Positions 12,445 to 24,573 of a DNA stretch of 64,000 nucleotides are shown piece after piece. Below the pieces are notes generated by a model, which had not been told where the DNA came from, made no database searches, and saw nothing but the letters and a program-made list of their open reading frames with translations. The stretch's first letter is position 1; each line of letters begins with the position of its first letter. This DNA is from Felis catus (lineage: Eukaryota). The stretch is taken from contig NC_058383.1 in NCBI RefSeq assembly GCF_018350175.1, positions 13,642,001-13,706,000 on the forward strand. The letters are read 5' to 3'. The position numbers and the translations under genes are program-made.

Positions 12445-12614
12445 AAGAATTCAGGACCCATGCATGATTTCCCCCCAAATCTTGTTACTCATCCTCCCCC
12501 TGGCATCCATCTGGCACACAGCCAGTGTTCTTAGTTACGAGGCGAGAAAGTACAAGATCGGCAGCTTTCTAGAAGTCGGTCTCAGACACGTACAGACCAT
12601 CAGGAGGAAGTCGC

Positions 12615-12932
12615 TCTTCATCGAGCACCTGCTATACATGGGCTGCCGTTCTAGACAGCAGTGGCCCAAACGGTCAAGAATCCCTACGTTCCAGTGGGGG
12701 GGAGGAGCAGATGATGAATAAATGAGTAACACTCATGATGTGTCGGGTGGTGATGGGTGCTAAGGAGAAAAAAAGAAGCAGGAGAGAAGGTGTGCTGGGG
12801 GTGAGAGGAAGAAGTCATGTGATCTGAAGTGGGATGAACAGAGGTCTTCTTGAGCCAAGACTTGAAGGCGCTAAAGGAGCAAGCTTTGAGGATCTCTGGG
12901 GGAGAAGTCCTGGCAAAGAGAAAGAGCAAGGA
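12615..12932 (-). mobile_element. L2 3' fragment
   Basis: gagcacctgcta..., ggtgatgggtgctaaggagaaaa, ttgagccaagacttgaagg, ctgggggagaagtcctggcaaagag are reverse-L2 motifs. Confidence 0.75.
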
Positions 12933-12982
12933 ATATGGAAAGTGCTATGTATTTATTGCTTGGTACATGTGTGTGTATTCAT

Positions 12983-12984
<2 letters not shown>

Positions 12985-13032
<48 letters not shown>
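12985..13032 (+). repeat. (GT)24 microsatellite
   Basis: Read directly. Confidence 0.97.
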
Positions 13033-13035
<3 letters not shown>

Positions 13036-13834
13036 GAAAACTTTTCTTGAATTCTGAGTTTGGTACATGGCTTTAATTTTTGCCTTAATGACTTCCTGCA
13101 CTTTGGGAGCTCTTGAATAGACGCATTCTGAAAGTTGTAATCATCGGTCCTGGGTTGGTATCACATTACCTATGTGGAAAAAGCAGAATTGCTTCGGCAC
13201 TGATTGGATCTTGGGATGGTGACTATATTCTCCTGGTTTTTAATGCAAATCGGTGAAAACACGTCAGGGCCCTGGTCTCCAGTGTTTCTCTTAAATCGGG
13301 GAGAATCATGTTCTCATAGGCAGGGGGTACAGGAAGGGACTTGGGGTGGGGGGGTGTGCAGAAGGGATCTTATATTTTAAATGCCAGTCAGCTGCAATCA
13401 CTAGTTATCTGGAGCCTGTTCAAACTCATTTGGAGAACAGTTGAATTTTTAAAGTGCCTTTTGATTCTCTCTTTCATTTATTTTAACTGATCTGCTGGGA
13501 TTAGGAGCTTGGTAGGGGAACACCAGAACGCTTGCCAAAATGTGTGAATAATTAGAGCTCCGATGATGTGTGCCAGATAGAAGGGGAGTATTCACACTTC
13601 TGATTAGACTCAGCTAAATGCAGTTGTAAATCACCGCTGCCACAGTAACAGAACCCCATCAGGAGTTAGCAGGGGAGGAGGCAGGGCAGAGGAGAGATGA
13701 GGGGCTGCCCCAAGGGATGAGGCGTGGAAGACGAGGACAAGCAGTTTGGTTGCAGTTACCGGCAGCCAGAGCGACGATAATTTTGGCATCTCTCTTTCCA
13801 TTCAGTTTCATCATCTTGAGTCTTGCTGGCTGCC

Positions 13835-14240
13835 ATCTTGACAAATGTGAATAAGATGAGTGCCTGCTCTCTGGACGCTTACAGTCCAGGGAGGTAAATG
13901 AGCCATGGTTGTGGAGTGAGTGTGAGGAGTGTGTCAGTAGGACAGACACTGTACACAAAGAGCGGGAGCGGGGGCGGGGGGGCAGCTCTGCAGAAGGGAA
14001 GGGAGGAGGGAGAGCTGGAAAGGCAGTGGCTTCCTTCAGAGAGGGAAGGTGACACTTCAGAGAGCAGGATGCACTTCAAGCAAAGGGACCAGAATGTGCG
14101 AAGGCACGGATGGAATAGGGTCCCTTAGTCTACGAGTGCGGGACCCCACAGGAGGGGAGGATGTGCCAAAGTCATGCGTGGCAGGTTGGCTTCGATTAGG
14201 AAGGGTCTTGCATGGCCATATAGGGAGCTAGTTTTCAAAT
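13835..14240 (-). mobile_element. Degenerate L2 fragment
   Basis: gtgaataagatg...cctgctctctggacgcttacagtccagggagg; ggcttccttcagagagggaaggtgacactt; gaagggtcttgcatggcca. Confidence 0.5.
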
Positions 14241-17200
14241 TCCATATGACTCCAGAGATCCTGATTCACCCCTGATGGAGGGTCACTCTCCCACCTCGGC
14301 GAGAGAACCCATCTTAGTCAGAGCCATTGGTGGGAACGTGTTCGTCGTCTTTACGTATATTAGGGCAGAAGAAATAAACGTTGAGAATCACCGCTCTCAC
14401 CAGTGGGGAGCCCATGGAGGTTAACGAGGTGAAAAGGGAAATATAACAGGGTTAATTTAAGAAGACCTGGAAGAAGCTATGGTACAGAATTATCCACTTG
14501 AAGGGGGTAAGCCTGCAGACTCCTGGATTGGATGTAGGTGGGAGGCCAGGGGCAAGGTGTGAACATAGGCAATGGCCCAAGGAATCCACTTCAAGAGAGA
14601 CTTCAGAGTGGAATCAGTCAGGCAGTGTGCTGGGGTCCTTGGTGAGCTGAAAGAGCCCTTTCTGAACGGTCTTGTGTTGATCCTAACTGTACCGATCTCT
14701 CCTGATTAGTTGTGAAGTGTCATCACCAAAGACAGTATCCTGCAGGAAATATCCAGCGAGCATATGCGTGTTCAAGTATTGCCCGGGATCTGGCTTCCTG
14801 GCGGCTCCCCAGTGACAGGGACACCTCCCCTTCTCCGGCACCCCTCCCTTCTGCCCCCTCCCCACTGTTGCCAAAGGTAGCAGTGGCCTTGAAGGGAAAA
14901 ACTCACCTCTTTCTTAAGTACAGACAGCCTCTAGATGCCTCCTCCGGCCCCTCCCTCTGTGGTGTTCTTCGAAGAACCACCCACTTTCTCTGCCTTCATA
15001 AGGCAACAAGTTGCTCTGAAGGAACCAGCAGCTTGAGGCGGGAGTCAAAAGCCCAGGAGAGGGAATGCAGGGGAAGTGCGGCAGAATGGCATGAAACCCA
15101 AAGCAAATGGTAAAAATAAGCAACACATGGAGAATGGAGGGGGGGGCGGTGGAGAGGCATAAAAATCACAACCACATCTGACATCTCTAGAAATGGCGAG
15201 AGACGGAGGAAGTAACACATGTGGCTCTCTTCAAGTCAGAAAGATTCATCCTCACCATTCAGTGGTGGTACCAAGGAGACTCTCTTGGAAGACTTAAACC
15301 CCTTGCAAGTTGTTGTCACATGTCTCTTATTTCTTCCGCTTTGGCCAGTAAGTTCAAATGCTCGAGAGGAAATGCATGACCTTCCGAATTTTCTCTGGGC
15401 ACCAAGCGATACACTCTATAAACTGATGCTTTCCAAAGTGTGCGTGAAAGGCAACAGTTTTGGGGGATGTGAGGAGAAAAATATAGAACCACTGTTTCTA
15501 CTTATTTTTATCTCACTCGTCTGGATTTATTTTGTGTGTGTATGTTTCAGAAATACGCTAGTATAGTGCTGTGCGAGCCCAGGGTCTAAATAAATAGAAA
15601 TACGTTAGGAGAGTGAAATTTGTTTTTCTGTTTGTTTCTACTTTGGGGGCACATGATCCAAACGTAAAGACCACCAGGGTGGTTCCTGGGGCTACCAATC
15701 GAAGGTGGGGGCAGGAAGTTGCTTTAAATCGTGAGATTCCTTACGGAAACTGGAGATTTAACTGGAAGGGCTGTTTCTTGCTGGCCTACGGGACGGCCTG
15801 CCAGCCAGCTCCGCTTCTTCCCTCAAAGAGCCCTTCTAAATCTGTGGTCAGAACCCGGAGACCAGGAAGCCCCGCAGATGAAGGGTCCCTTTGGACAAGA
15901 GATGGCCACGTTTACGTAGCCTCTGATCGAATGGCAGAGCCATACCCCCAGGTGGTAAAAGCAGTTGCCGTCACCCTCGGGGACCCTCACCGTCACAGGC
16001 CTGGCTCCTCCACTGCCCCTTCCCCCGTGTTGTGGTTGTCGTGGTTGGGGTTGGGGGTGTGGTGGGGCCTGTTTGGCTTTGCTCCCAGCACCGTCAGGAG
16101 ACGGGCAAAGTCCCACAGGGTTGTGAGCCTCCCCCTCCACAGCACCTAAAATGACATGTAATCTTTGCCGTCAAAACGTAGAGCGAGTTTGCAGCCAGCC
16201 CAGCTTTTTTATTTCCTTTTTCCAGACTTGAACTCCAACCTAGCTCAACCTCAGAAATCCCATTAATGTCAGAGAAGCAGGTGGCATTGGGGTGCCCTTC
16301 ACTTCTGTTGTCAGCTGTGCGTCCACAGCTCAGGAACTCGCCCTCCTGCCCCAACAGCCTCGTCTGCTGGTAGTGTTCTCCTCCGTCCATCCTCATTCAC
16401 GAGACCTGGATCAGTAGTCAGCCTGTTCCTAAATGACGCATCTCTTCTAGAAGCCTATCCTGATAAGAAACAAAAGAGCATCCATGACTTCCCCCACTCC
16501 AGTACACAGACAGCTGTGTCATAGGGTCTGACAAAGCCAGTTCCCAAAGACCTCTGGTTGCAAAAACTTCTCACCAGTCTGCTTAGGAACTGCCTCAGGC
16601 TCACCTTTTCCCCTTCTGCTCTCCAACCACGTTTCTCACCCAGCTCCATGTTAATGGTGATCTTTCTAGATGTTGGACAAAGACAGTGGCTCTTGTGTAG
16701 GAACACACCATCAACAGCCAATGGAAGACGTTGTACGTTACAGTGGTCGGTTGCTCTACTTCCGTCCTGTTGAAACAGGAGGTGAACCACAGCTGTTTGA
16801 AATGAACTGAGTGAAATCGCTGTTGGTGAGTAGAGTCGTGAGGGAAATGAACCATGATGGAATCGAGAATCTCCTTCTATTGGAATGACTTGTGCCCACA
16901 GCTCCCAGTGGTGCTTATAGAGCTTAGGATCTCAAGAATGTTTGTGTCCCCTGCAGAAAAGTAGTGACGGAAGATAGCTGCATCGGGAGGTCACGGCTCC
17001 CAAAGTGCCCGGTTTCCAGGAGCCCTCACCTCAGTGTCGTGTGTGGTAGGAAGGGCCAATCACACTCACCAACTTCTTACTGGTTGTGAGCTTGGGGAGG
17101 TTCCCATTCAGGCAAAGCGCTGATAATAAATATCTGAGGTGTTACATGGTCTTGTTCTGAAGTGGATATGTTTTGTGAGTGAGGAGTTGGGGAAACAGAC

Positions 17201-17249
17201 AAGGAAGATGTGATCTTTCTTCAAGATTGTCTGTATCCTCCATCATTTG

Positions 17250-17430
17250 TCAGCAGGGTGGTTACTGATATTTGGGGTGGGGCCATTTCCACACTTGCTA
17301 AGACGCTTAACGACATTGCTCTGCCAGTTAAATACCAGTAGTCCTCCCATCACTGTGACACCTGAAACGTGTTCCCATACATTTCAAACGCTCCCTAAGA
17401 AGAGGGGAGGGGAGAGCGAGAACCAGGGGA
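17250..17430. mobile_element. MER20-like hAT MITE
   Basis: aaataccagtag...ctgtgacacctgaaacgtgttcccatacatttcaaacgctccct matches the recalled MER20 reverse strand. Confidence 0.6.
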
Positions 17431-18576
17431 GAGAAGGTGGTATCACCTGTAGGTGTTCGTAGCCTGGATGCAACTCATTATTTCGCTCAGACTCTGGCCT
17501 AAGCGGTTCAAATATTTTGGAAAGGGAAGATGGTCCCCAAAGGAGGCACTGACCATGGCCCAATACATTGTCACACGTTAACCCAACTATGCTGGCCACT
17601 TACTAGATCTGTTTGTGTCACCAGATAGTAACCGCATAGTTAGACTGATACATTGTCAGTCCAGAATGACAGTTTTGAAGTCAATAAACTATAGGGCATG
17701 TCCGTGCGTTTGCTATGATCCGATGGTCTGTACGTGAGAACCAGTCTGATGATTGGCCCAAATGCAGAGAAAAGGTTTACCACCAAAGAAAAATCACTTT
17801 TTTAAGAACACACTTCTTTTTGTTTTGTTTTTTATTTTATATCAACCATCTCCCCTCTGCTAAATTAGAACTGAGATTTCCTGCTAGTTGAGCTAGCAGC
17901 AATGAATTTGAATTTTTAAATCTGAGATTTTCATTAATTTCATAATACGTCATGAATTTTAAGCTCGGTTATAAAAATCTTCATACTGCTTTTCTCCGTA
18001 TCTAGACATTTCTCATCTGCCACTTTGCAGGTTGCTGCACATGAGCCTACACCAATAGATTTGTCGTAAATTAAATATTAAAGTTTTATAGGCTATTTTT
18101 ATTTTCTTCTGTTTGCATTCTGTCTTCCGGCTTTAACAGCCACATGCACAGTCTTTAAAGGAAGCCAATTTTAGAGAAGTTTAATGAAGAGGGCTTACCA
18201 AATGGGATAAGGGGAGCCCCACTGACCCCACATCACACCTTTGCCACACCATCGGAGACCTCTGCTGAAGCTATTCTGGAAAATATCTGCTCGCGCCAGA
18301 AGCTGTCCTGCGTTGTCAGGGAAAAGGTATTAGGTGCAGGTGTCAAAGCTGACTAATGAGGCATGACGAGTCGACAGCAAAATAACAGATTATAAGCGCA
18401 GAGGCCTTGTGGCTGAAGTGTGAACAGCAGTGTAGATGTGTGACTGACACAGGAACGAGGGAGACGGGCACGGGGGAGCAGGATCTATCACACCCGTGTA
18501 AAGAACGGACAATTTCAATTATGTGGCTGGTTCCTTCTCCTAAGATGCAGTGGGTTTAGGAAATAAATCTAAATTG

Positions 18577-18806
18577 TTTTTCTCTTTGTTTTTAAGTTTA
18601 CGTATTTATTTTGAGAGAGAGAGAGAGAGAGCGCGTGCGCACACGCCAGGGAGGGGCAGAGAGAGAGGGAGAGAGAGAATCTCAGGGAGGCTCCATGCTG
18701 TCAACATAGAGCCTGACGTGGGACCCAGTCCCACGCACTGTGAGATCATGACCTGAACCAAAATCAAGAGCCACATGCTTCACCGGCGGAGCCACCCAGG
18801 TGTCCC
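18577..18806 (-). mobile_element. Can-SINE
   Basis: T-rich tail, (GA)n, gagatcatgacctgaaccaaaatcaagag, gagccacccaggtgtccc. Confidence 0.93.
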
Positions 18807-19110
18807 TGTTCGTCTCTGTAAATTGTGAGGTTCCTGCGACTGTTCGGGCTTGGCAGCAAAATGTCCAAAATCTTCTAAGACAAGCCAGAGTCGTCCTTTT
18901 CAGTTTTTAGATTTACACGATGGGTTTTATTTTGACACTGTCAGGAGGGATGAGCTGTGTTTTGCTCTTTAACTCTGTCATCAGAACACCATGGTGGTAG
19001 TGGTGTCCATGGGTATTCGTGCAGGACAAGGACCGTAGTGTCCTACTAATGCCGGCCCCAAAGAGCTCTGATTGGTCCACCGTGCCTCCATGAAGCCTGT
19101 ATTCTAACCG

Positions 19111-19154
19111 GAAGACAGACAGAAAGAAAGAAAGAGAGAGAGAAAGAAAGAGGC

Positions 19155-19213
<59 letters not shown>

Positions 19214-19222
19214 GAAAGAGAG

Positions 19223-19269
<47 letters not shown>

Positions 19270-19273
19270 AAAA

Positions 19274-19313
<40 letters not shown>

Positions 19314-19481
19314 AAAAGAAAAAAGGGAGAGAAAGAAAGAAAGAGAAAGAAAGAGGAGGGAGAGAGAGAAAGAAAGAGGAGGGAGAGAGAGAGAGAAAGA
19401 AAGAAAGAGAAAGAAAGAGGGAGGGAGAGAGAGAGAGAGAGAAAGAAAGAAAGAAAGAAAGAAAGCAAGCAAGCCAAGAAA
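19111..19481 (+). repeat. Compound (GAAA)n/(GA)n polypurine microsatellite, ~370 bp
   Basis: Read directly; preceded by L2-like cctccatgaagcctgtattcta...gacagac. Confidence 0.97.
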
Positions 19482-22019
19482 GTACACTTCTGTTGTAGCT
19501 GTGGCAAAGACTGCACCCCAATAAATCAACTCACTCTAGCAGTTGGGAGAGGAGGGCCTGAGGCTCCAACCCCAGTGCGTCTTGCTTCACCAGACGGGCC
19601 ATTTTTCTTTAGTGGCTCTCCTGTGCCCGGCTGGGGACCGTCACCCTCTCAGTGCTCACTAAATGATCACCACTATATTTTTACTTGTTCACGAACCTCA
19701 GGCGAGGCTACCAAAGAGAAGAATGTTCAGGACTGCCGCTTGGATGAGACGCAGAAGTCTTGGGGAGAAGAAAAAGGGAGGCAGAAGCAGAATGAAACCA
19801 GGTGGGGGACGGCTCCCTCTCAGGGTCCTTTTGACCAGTTTTCCCAGAGCAGAGACGACGAGGAAGCTGATGCGAGGAATGTTGATCTTCCTCAAAGCAG
19901 CTCCAAATGATAGACCCAGGACAGGTTTCTAAACAGCTGTTATTCAGATTAGAGGCAGGGACTTGATGTATTGCCCCCATTAGAAAGTGTCCTAATGGAA
20001 AAGGCCTGCGCTTTCTCCAGGTCTCATCTGAATTGAACAATTGGAGTATTTTAAATCGAGGGTCATAAGTGTCAACAAGATGGAGAGCTTTGCCTGTTGA
20101 TTAAAGGAGGCCTATAAGTTACTTAGGAAGTTCTCGCTGGCACGCGGTGCACGTGGCCCCTCTGAGCCGGTGTTGGAACCGGGCTAAGTCCAGCTGTTGC
20201 CCCGAGGAGAGAGCAGGTGAGCGGGGACAGAAAATGCAGCTGGGGAATTTAAGCCACACGCTCCAAGATCCTGCTGACCATAGGGCGCCGGGAGGGAGGG
20301 CCTGTCGGATTTCTCTGCCAGACTGTCCCCATGTCGGGGACCACATGGTCCTGCCAGGATGGGTGGGGACCTCAGGGGCACGCTCCCATCTCATAATGTG
20401 TGTGTGTGCCCTTCTGTATCAGCAACGTCTTCAGCACTCATCAGGCCCTTCTTTCCAGTCTTGTCGTACAAGTACTGCTCCAGGACCAGGCGCTGTCCTT
20501 GAGACTGGTGTCCCTCCTGGCACCCAGTTTGAGAAGCACTGGCCGATGAGCTCAGTCCCAGAGCCCTGGGACGGGGGAGGCCCCCACAGCCCCAGGCGCA
20601 GTCCCTCGAGGGTCCTTTTTACCCCTTGGACTGAAGACGGGGGTGCAGTCATGGTCACAGGGGAAGGCTGCAGACTTGCCCAGCATGGGAGAACAGAAAG
20701 GGGGGCCGTGGGGGGCTGGTGAGGAGGGAGAGCGCAGAGCCTCAGCAGCAGTGGTGAGGGCGACGGCGTCTGGAGCGAGAGGCGACAGATGTCTCTAGGT
20801 AGATGCCCTTATGGCAACTCTTCTGGAGAGAGAGGAAAATCCCAGTAATATTAACAGGGCTACAACAAATGAAAATTGGAAAATAAACAGATGGAACATG
20901 CCTCATAGTTTAGCTTTTATCATCAATAATTCTGAATCTGCAAGTGAATGTGGCTGACTGTAGTTCAGACCATCTGCCTTTCACTTTAAGATGCTGTGTG
21001 GAATCCTACTCTCCACCATGGGGTTGGGGGGGGGGGGAGGAGGTGGAGGCCTGGAGGCCGGAGAGGGCCGGAGGGAGGGAGGGAGGAAGAGGGTAGGAGA
21101 CTCATCATTCTCAGCTGTCCTGTCAAAACAAACATGTGATCGCGCCTCGTGGAAAGGTCAAGTGCAGACGGACACCATCCGTCTCCAGGGACTCCGGTCA
21201 GCCAGCTTCACCACCGCTGCTCTTCCCGGGCTTGGGGGGACCCCTTCTGGCTGCCCTTCTGATTTCAAGTGTAAGCACCTTAGAGGCAGGCCCTGTTGTT
21301 CCTTCTCGCAGGCTGGGATGAGGGACCCTGTGTCTCCTCTCTATGGGGCCAATTAACTCTGCTCAGTGTGCCGTGCATCCCGACCCGTGCTGGCCGTGCC
21401 CAGTGCTCCGCGATGTCCCTCAAGTGTTCCGGAGGCTCCGCTGAGGTCTCAGATGGCACTGGGGGGTGTGAAAGGCCAGGAGAGGACAGGAAAGCATCTT
21501 GCCCCTCCCATCCAGTAAAGCTGGACCCTCCAAGCCTGGGGGCTGCTAGTTCTGGGTGAGCACCGACCCAAACCAGACCTCCTCTTAATCACCCACTTTG
21601 TTGAAGTAACTTGTTGTCCGGAACGCAACCTCGTAACCACCTTAAAGAAATCCGTTTAAATGGCGAATCACCCACAAGCTCAGTGTTGGCCTGCTCTGCT
21701 CACAGATTCTTTAGACTAACCTGAGAAACAGGGTAAATAAAGCTTTATCACTTTGTACATTGTGTCCTCGAGAATGCTGTATCTGCGGTGTGTATGTACG
21801 TGTGATTCTTTGGGGTTTGGTTTTTTTTTTTTTTCCTTCAATGTGACAGCAGCTGGCTTTTCTTATTGAGCTTTTCTGAACACGTAAGAAACCAGAAAAC
21901 CGAAACATAAAAACCAACCCAAGATACCTGAGTCGGGGAGGGGGTTCTGAAAATTGCGGGCGTGTGCACACGTAGCTCGGATGAGCGTGTGTGTGTGCGC
22001 GTGTATGCACACATACCAA

Positions 22020-22352
22020 AGGTATTCCAAAGACTTAATTTTTTAAGTGTTGACTACTGTTTGTTCATACCCCAGTGGTGTTAACAAGCAGTAGATTGTT
22101 AGTGACAATCACACTCTCTCCAGCACTTACAGCAGAAGGCTTGATTTAATCGAAGAGCTGTCATTTATTATTCTGTTGTGCAATTCCAGGGGGGTAGCTA
22201 ACTGATCAAGCTCGGGCTCCCTGGAGCAGAGGGCTTTTTTTTTTTTTTTTTTTTTTTGTTATGTCTAAATCCTCAATACAAATTGCAGTATTTCTGGACT
22301 CCCAGCGGGACCCATTAGAGCCTGTGGGGCATTAACGATCATTAATAGTGCT

Positions 22353-22390
<38 letters not shown>

Positions 22391-22900
22391 GTTGGGAGGG
22401 AAGGAAAGAAACGGAGGGAGACAGGAGGGGGAGGGGACAGGGGTGCCAAAGAGTAGCCAGAGTTGTGTCGCTTTTTCAGAAATGGAAAAGTAACACATCT
22501 GCTTTATTCGTTGTGCCCGTTGTTTGATGTTTGTTAGCTGGCATCTCTAATTACGGAGGTATCAGCCAGGTATTTTTGCTTCTGTGTATTGAAATCCTTC
22601 AATTGCCCGAAATCCTTCTTCCCCTTCCACATCCTTTCCCCCACCTCCTCGATACCTTCCTCTCCCCCAAAGTCACTTTTGAATCACCAGCTCCAAAAAA
22701 TGAAACTGGAGGGGACTGAGAAGAGGGGGGTGTGTGTGGGAAGGGGCGTGATTTGCTTCCACACCGCGCATGTGCGCACGCACACACGCTCCAGCCATAA
22801 TTTACGATCTTGCCTGTGCTGTCCCATTAACTGTGATTCCTTTTTAAGCGTTTAACTGTGTAGTAATCAGATAGAAATGTTTTAATCACCTATTAACTAG
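22020..22900. promoter_or_regulatory. Candidate conserved regulatory block containing T23 (22235-22257) and (AG)16 (22356-22387)
   Basis: No interspersed repeats; many TAAT cores, tgatttaat, palindrome gattgt-N5-acaatc at 22094-22110. Confidence 0.45.
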
Positions 22901-23233
22901 CTTACTTACCAGTGCTGTGGAGAAAGGGTTAGGTATGATGAGGATAACATGCTGTGTTTGCATTTTAAGACCCTGACTTGCTTGGGGTCTTGTTCAAAAC
23001 TGAAGCCCCTTTTCTCAAGAAGCTTCCTTTCTCGGTACCCCATGTCCATACTGGGCTGCCTCCCCTTTGCCTTCCTTAGGGTTGTAGATTCCCCACCCCA
23101 CTCCCACCCCCGCGATTCCGTTTTTCTTTCAAATCTCAGATTCTTGAAATCTCACCATCTGCATCGAGTATAGTCAAACCCAAACCCCAGAAAGGAATTG
23201 TTCGGAACTAATAATGAAAAAGTGTGCACCACA

Positions 23234-23480
23234 TCATTCATTCATTCATTCATTCATTCATTCCAGCATCGCTGGCCTATGAAGTACCAAACACTGCACT
23301 TGACACAGCGAACTGTGGTGGAGAGAACAAAAGCCAAAGCATCGCTCCTGCCTCACGGAGCTGTGGTGCACAGGGCAGACTTGACTCAAGAATCCCACCG
23401 CATTCTGTGTAATCACAGCCACACCGCACGGGAGAGGGGTGGGGACCATGAGAAATTATAAGGCATTCTGACCCAGGGAG
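23234..23480 (-). mobile_element. L2 3' end with (TCAT)7 tail
   Basis: (ttca)n tail then aacaaaagcc...cctgcctcacggagct. Confidence 0.7.
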
Positions 23481-23554
23481 TAAGGCCGGGGAAGATTTTT
23501 CCACAGGAGCTATAGCTGACTGGATTAGCGATTCCTTTGTTCCAGATGCTTTGC

Positions 23555-23740
23555 CGTGGCAGGTGCTTTCCCATGATTTCATTTCGTTCATCGTTACAAC
23601 CCCAGAGCATAGGGAGGGTTCTCCGATCCACAGACAAGGAAACTAAAGTGTAGAACGGCATGAGCTCCCTGTCTGATCCCTGGTGTAAGCCCTTGGCAGG
23701 CTCGTGGCTAACCAACCCCTGGTGCTAAGAGCCTGACCCT
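23555..23740 (-). mobile_element. MIR
   Basis: acaacccag...acagacaaggaaactaaag is the reverse MIR core. Confidence 0.6.
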
Positions 23741-23847
23741 CAGAAGGTAACTGCTGCAACTTCTCTTCTCCACCTCTTGGCAGCTTCGAGCCCAGATAAG
23801 CCAAGCTGACTCACTGAGCCGTTTAGCCCTCCCTGAGGCCTCGGAAT

Positions 23848-23874
23848 GGGGGGGTGGGGCGGGGCGGGGCAGGG
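23848..23874 (+). other. G-quadruplex-capable tract with tandem GC boxes
   Basis: gggggggtggggcggggcggggcaggg: five G-runs with 1-2 nt loops. Confidence 0.7.
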
Positions 23875-24573
23875 TGCACTCACAGCCTCGGCAAAGGCCC
23901 AGCTTGCTGCTGGCTTCCTAAATTAGGCAAGACCGATTCAAAAGAAGTGACTAGGACCCTCAGTCCCCAGCCTCTAGTGTGGAAGAAATAACCACATTTC
24001 TTTGCTTTCTTAAGTCAGTTTCATTTCCTACTTACAACAGCACCCCTAAAGAGAACTTGAACTTAAGTCATTCCCGGTGCTCCCTTTATCCTCAGAGCTG
24101 TGTCCAGGTGCAGTGACCTACCTGTTGCCGAGCCATTTCGAAGTTTGGAAGGTTAGGCTGTATGGACCCCCTGCTCACTATCGGGACACCCCCCATCCCC
24201 CGCCTCTGTCCACGTGAATACACTTTTGTTTGGTCTGGCCTTTTCCCCCTAGGGTCTTGCTTCTCCTGTGGGCTATCCCAAAACAGGGCCTGGGTCGCAG
24301 ATATTCTGAAAACAGCCCTTTCTCTGCCACCCCATCGCGAGCGAATCCTTCTTCACATCTTTGCAAAGCCCTTCCCCATCTTAGGCACTGAAATTCTTTC
24401 CTCAAACTCGATCTTCCTCATTCAAATAGATTTTGATGGCCTTTAAACTCAGTGCCAGAATCATTAGCAACAGAAGAAGACTAGTTTGCCTTTCTTCTTG
24501 CACAGAGAAGGCCTTAGTAACCAAATATTCCTAAAAACTAGGGAAACATTTTCATTCCTTCACTCCAGGGTCA

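Noticed and set aside
15613..16149. 178-aa ORF, and similar 150-190 aa ORFs at 20147, 43628, 47768, 48490 and 52904
   Set aside because: GC-rich chance frames, mostly non-ATG starts, overlapping on both strands, no domain or exon structure.
18913..19529. Longest ORFs (141-202 aa, Phe/Leu/Ser-rich)
   Set aside because: Translations of the (TTTC)n strand of the microsatellite, which has no stop codons.
20420..20545. Possible MER5-like element ending cagtttgagaagcactg
   Set aside because: Only one terminus recognisable.
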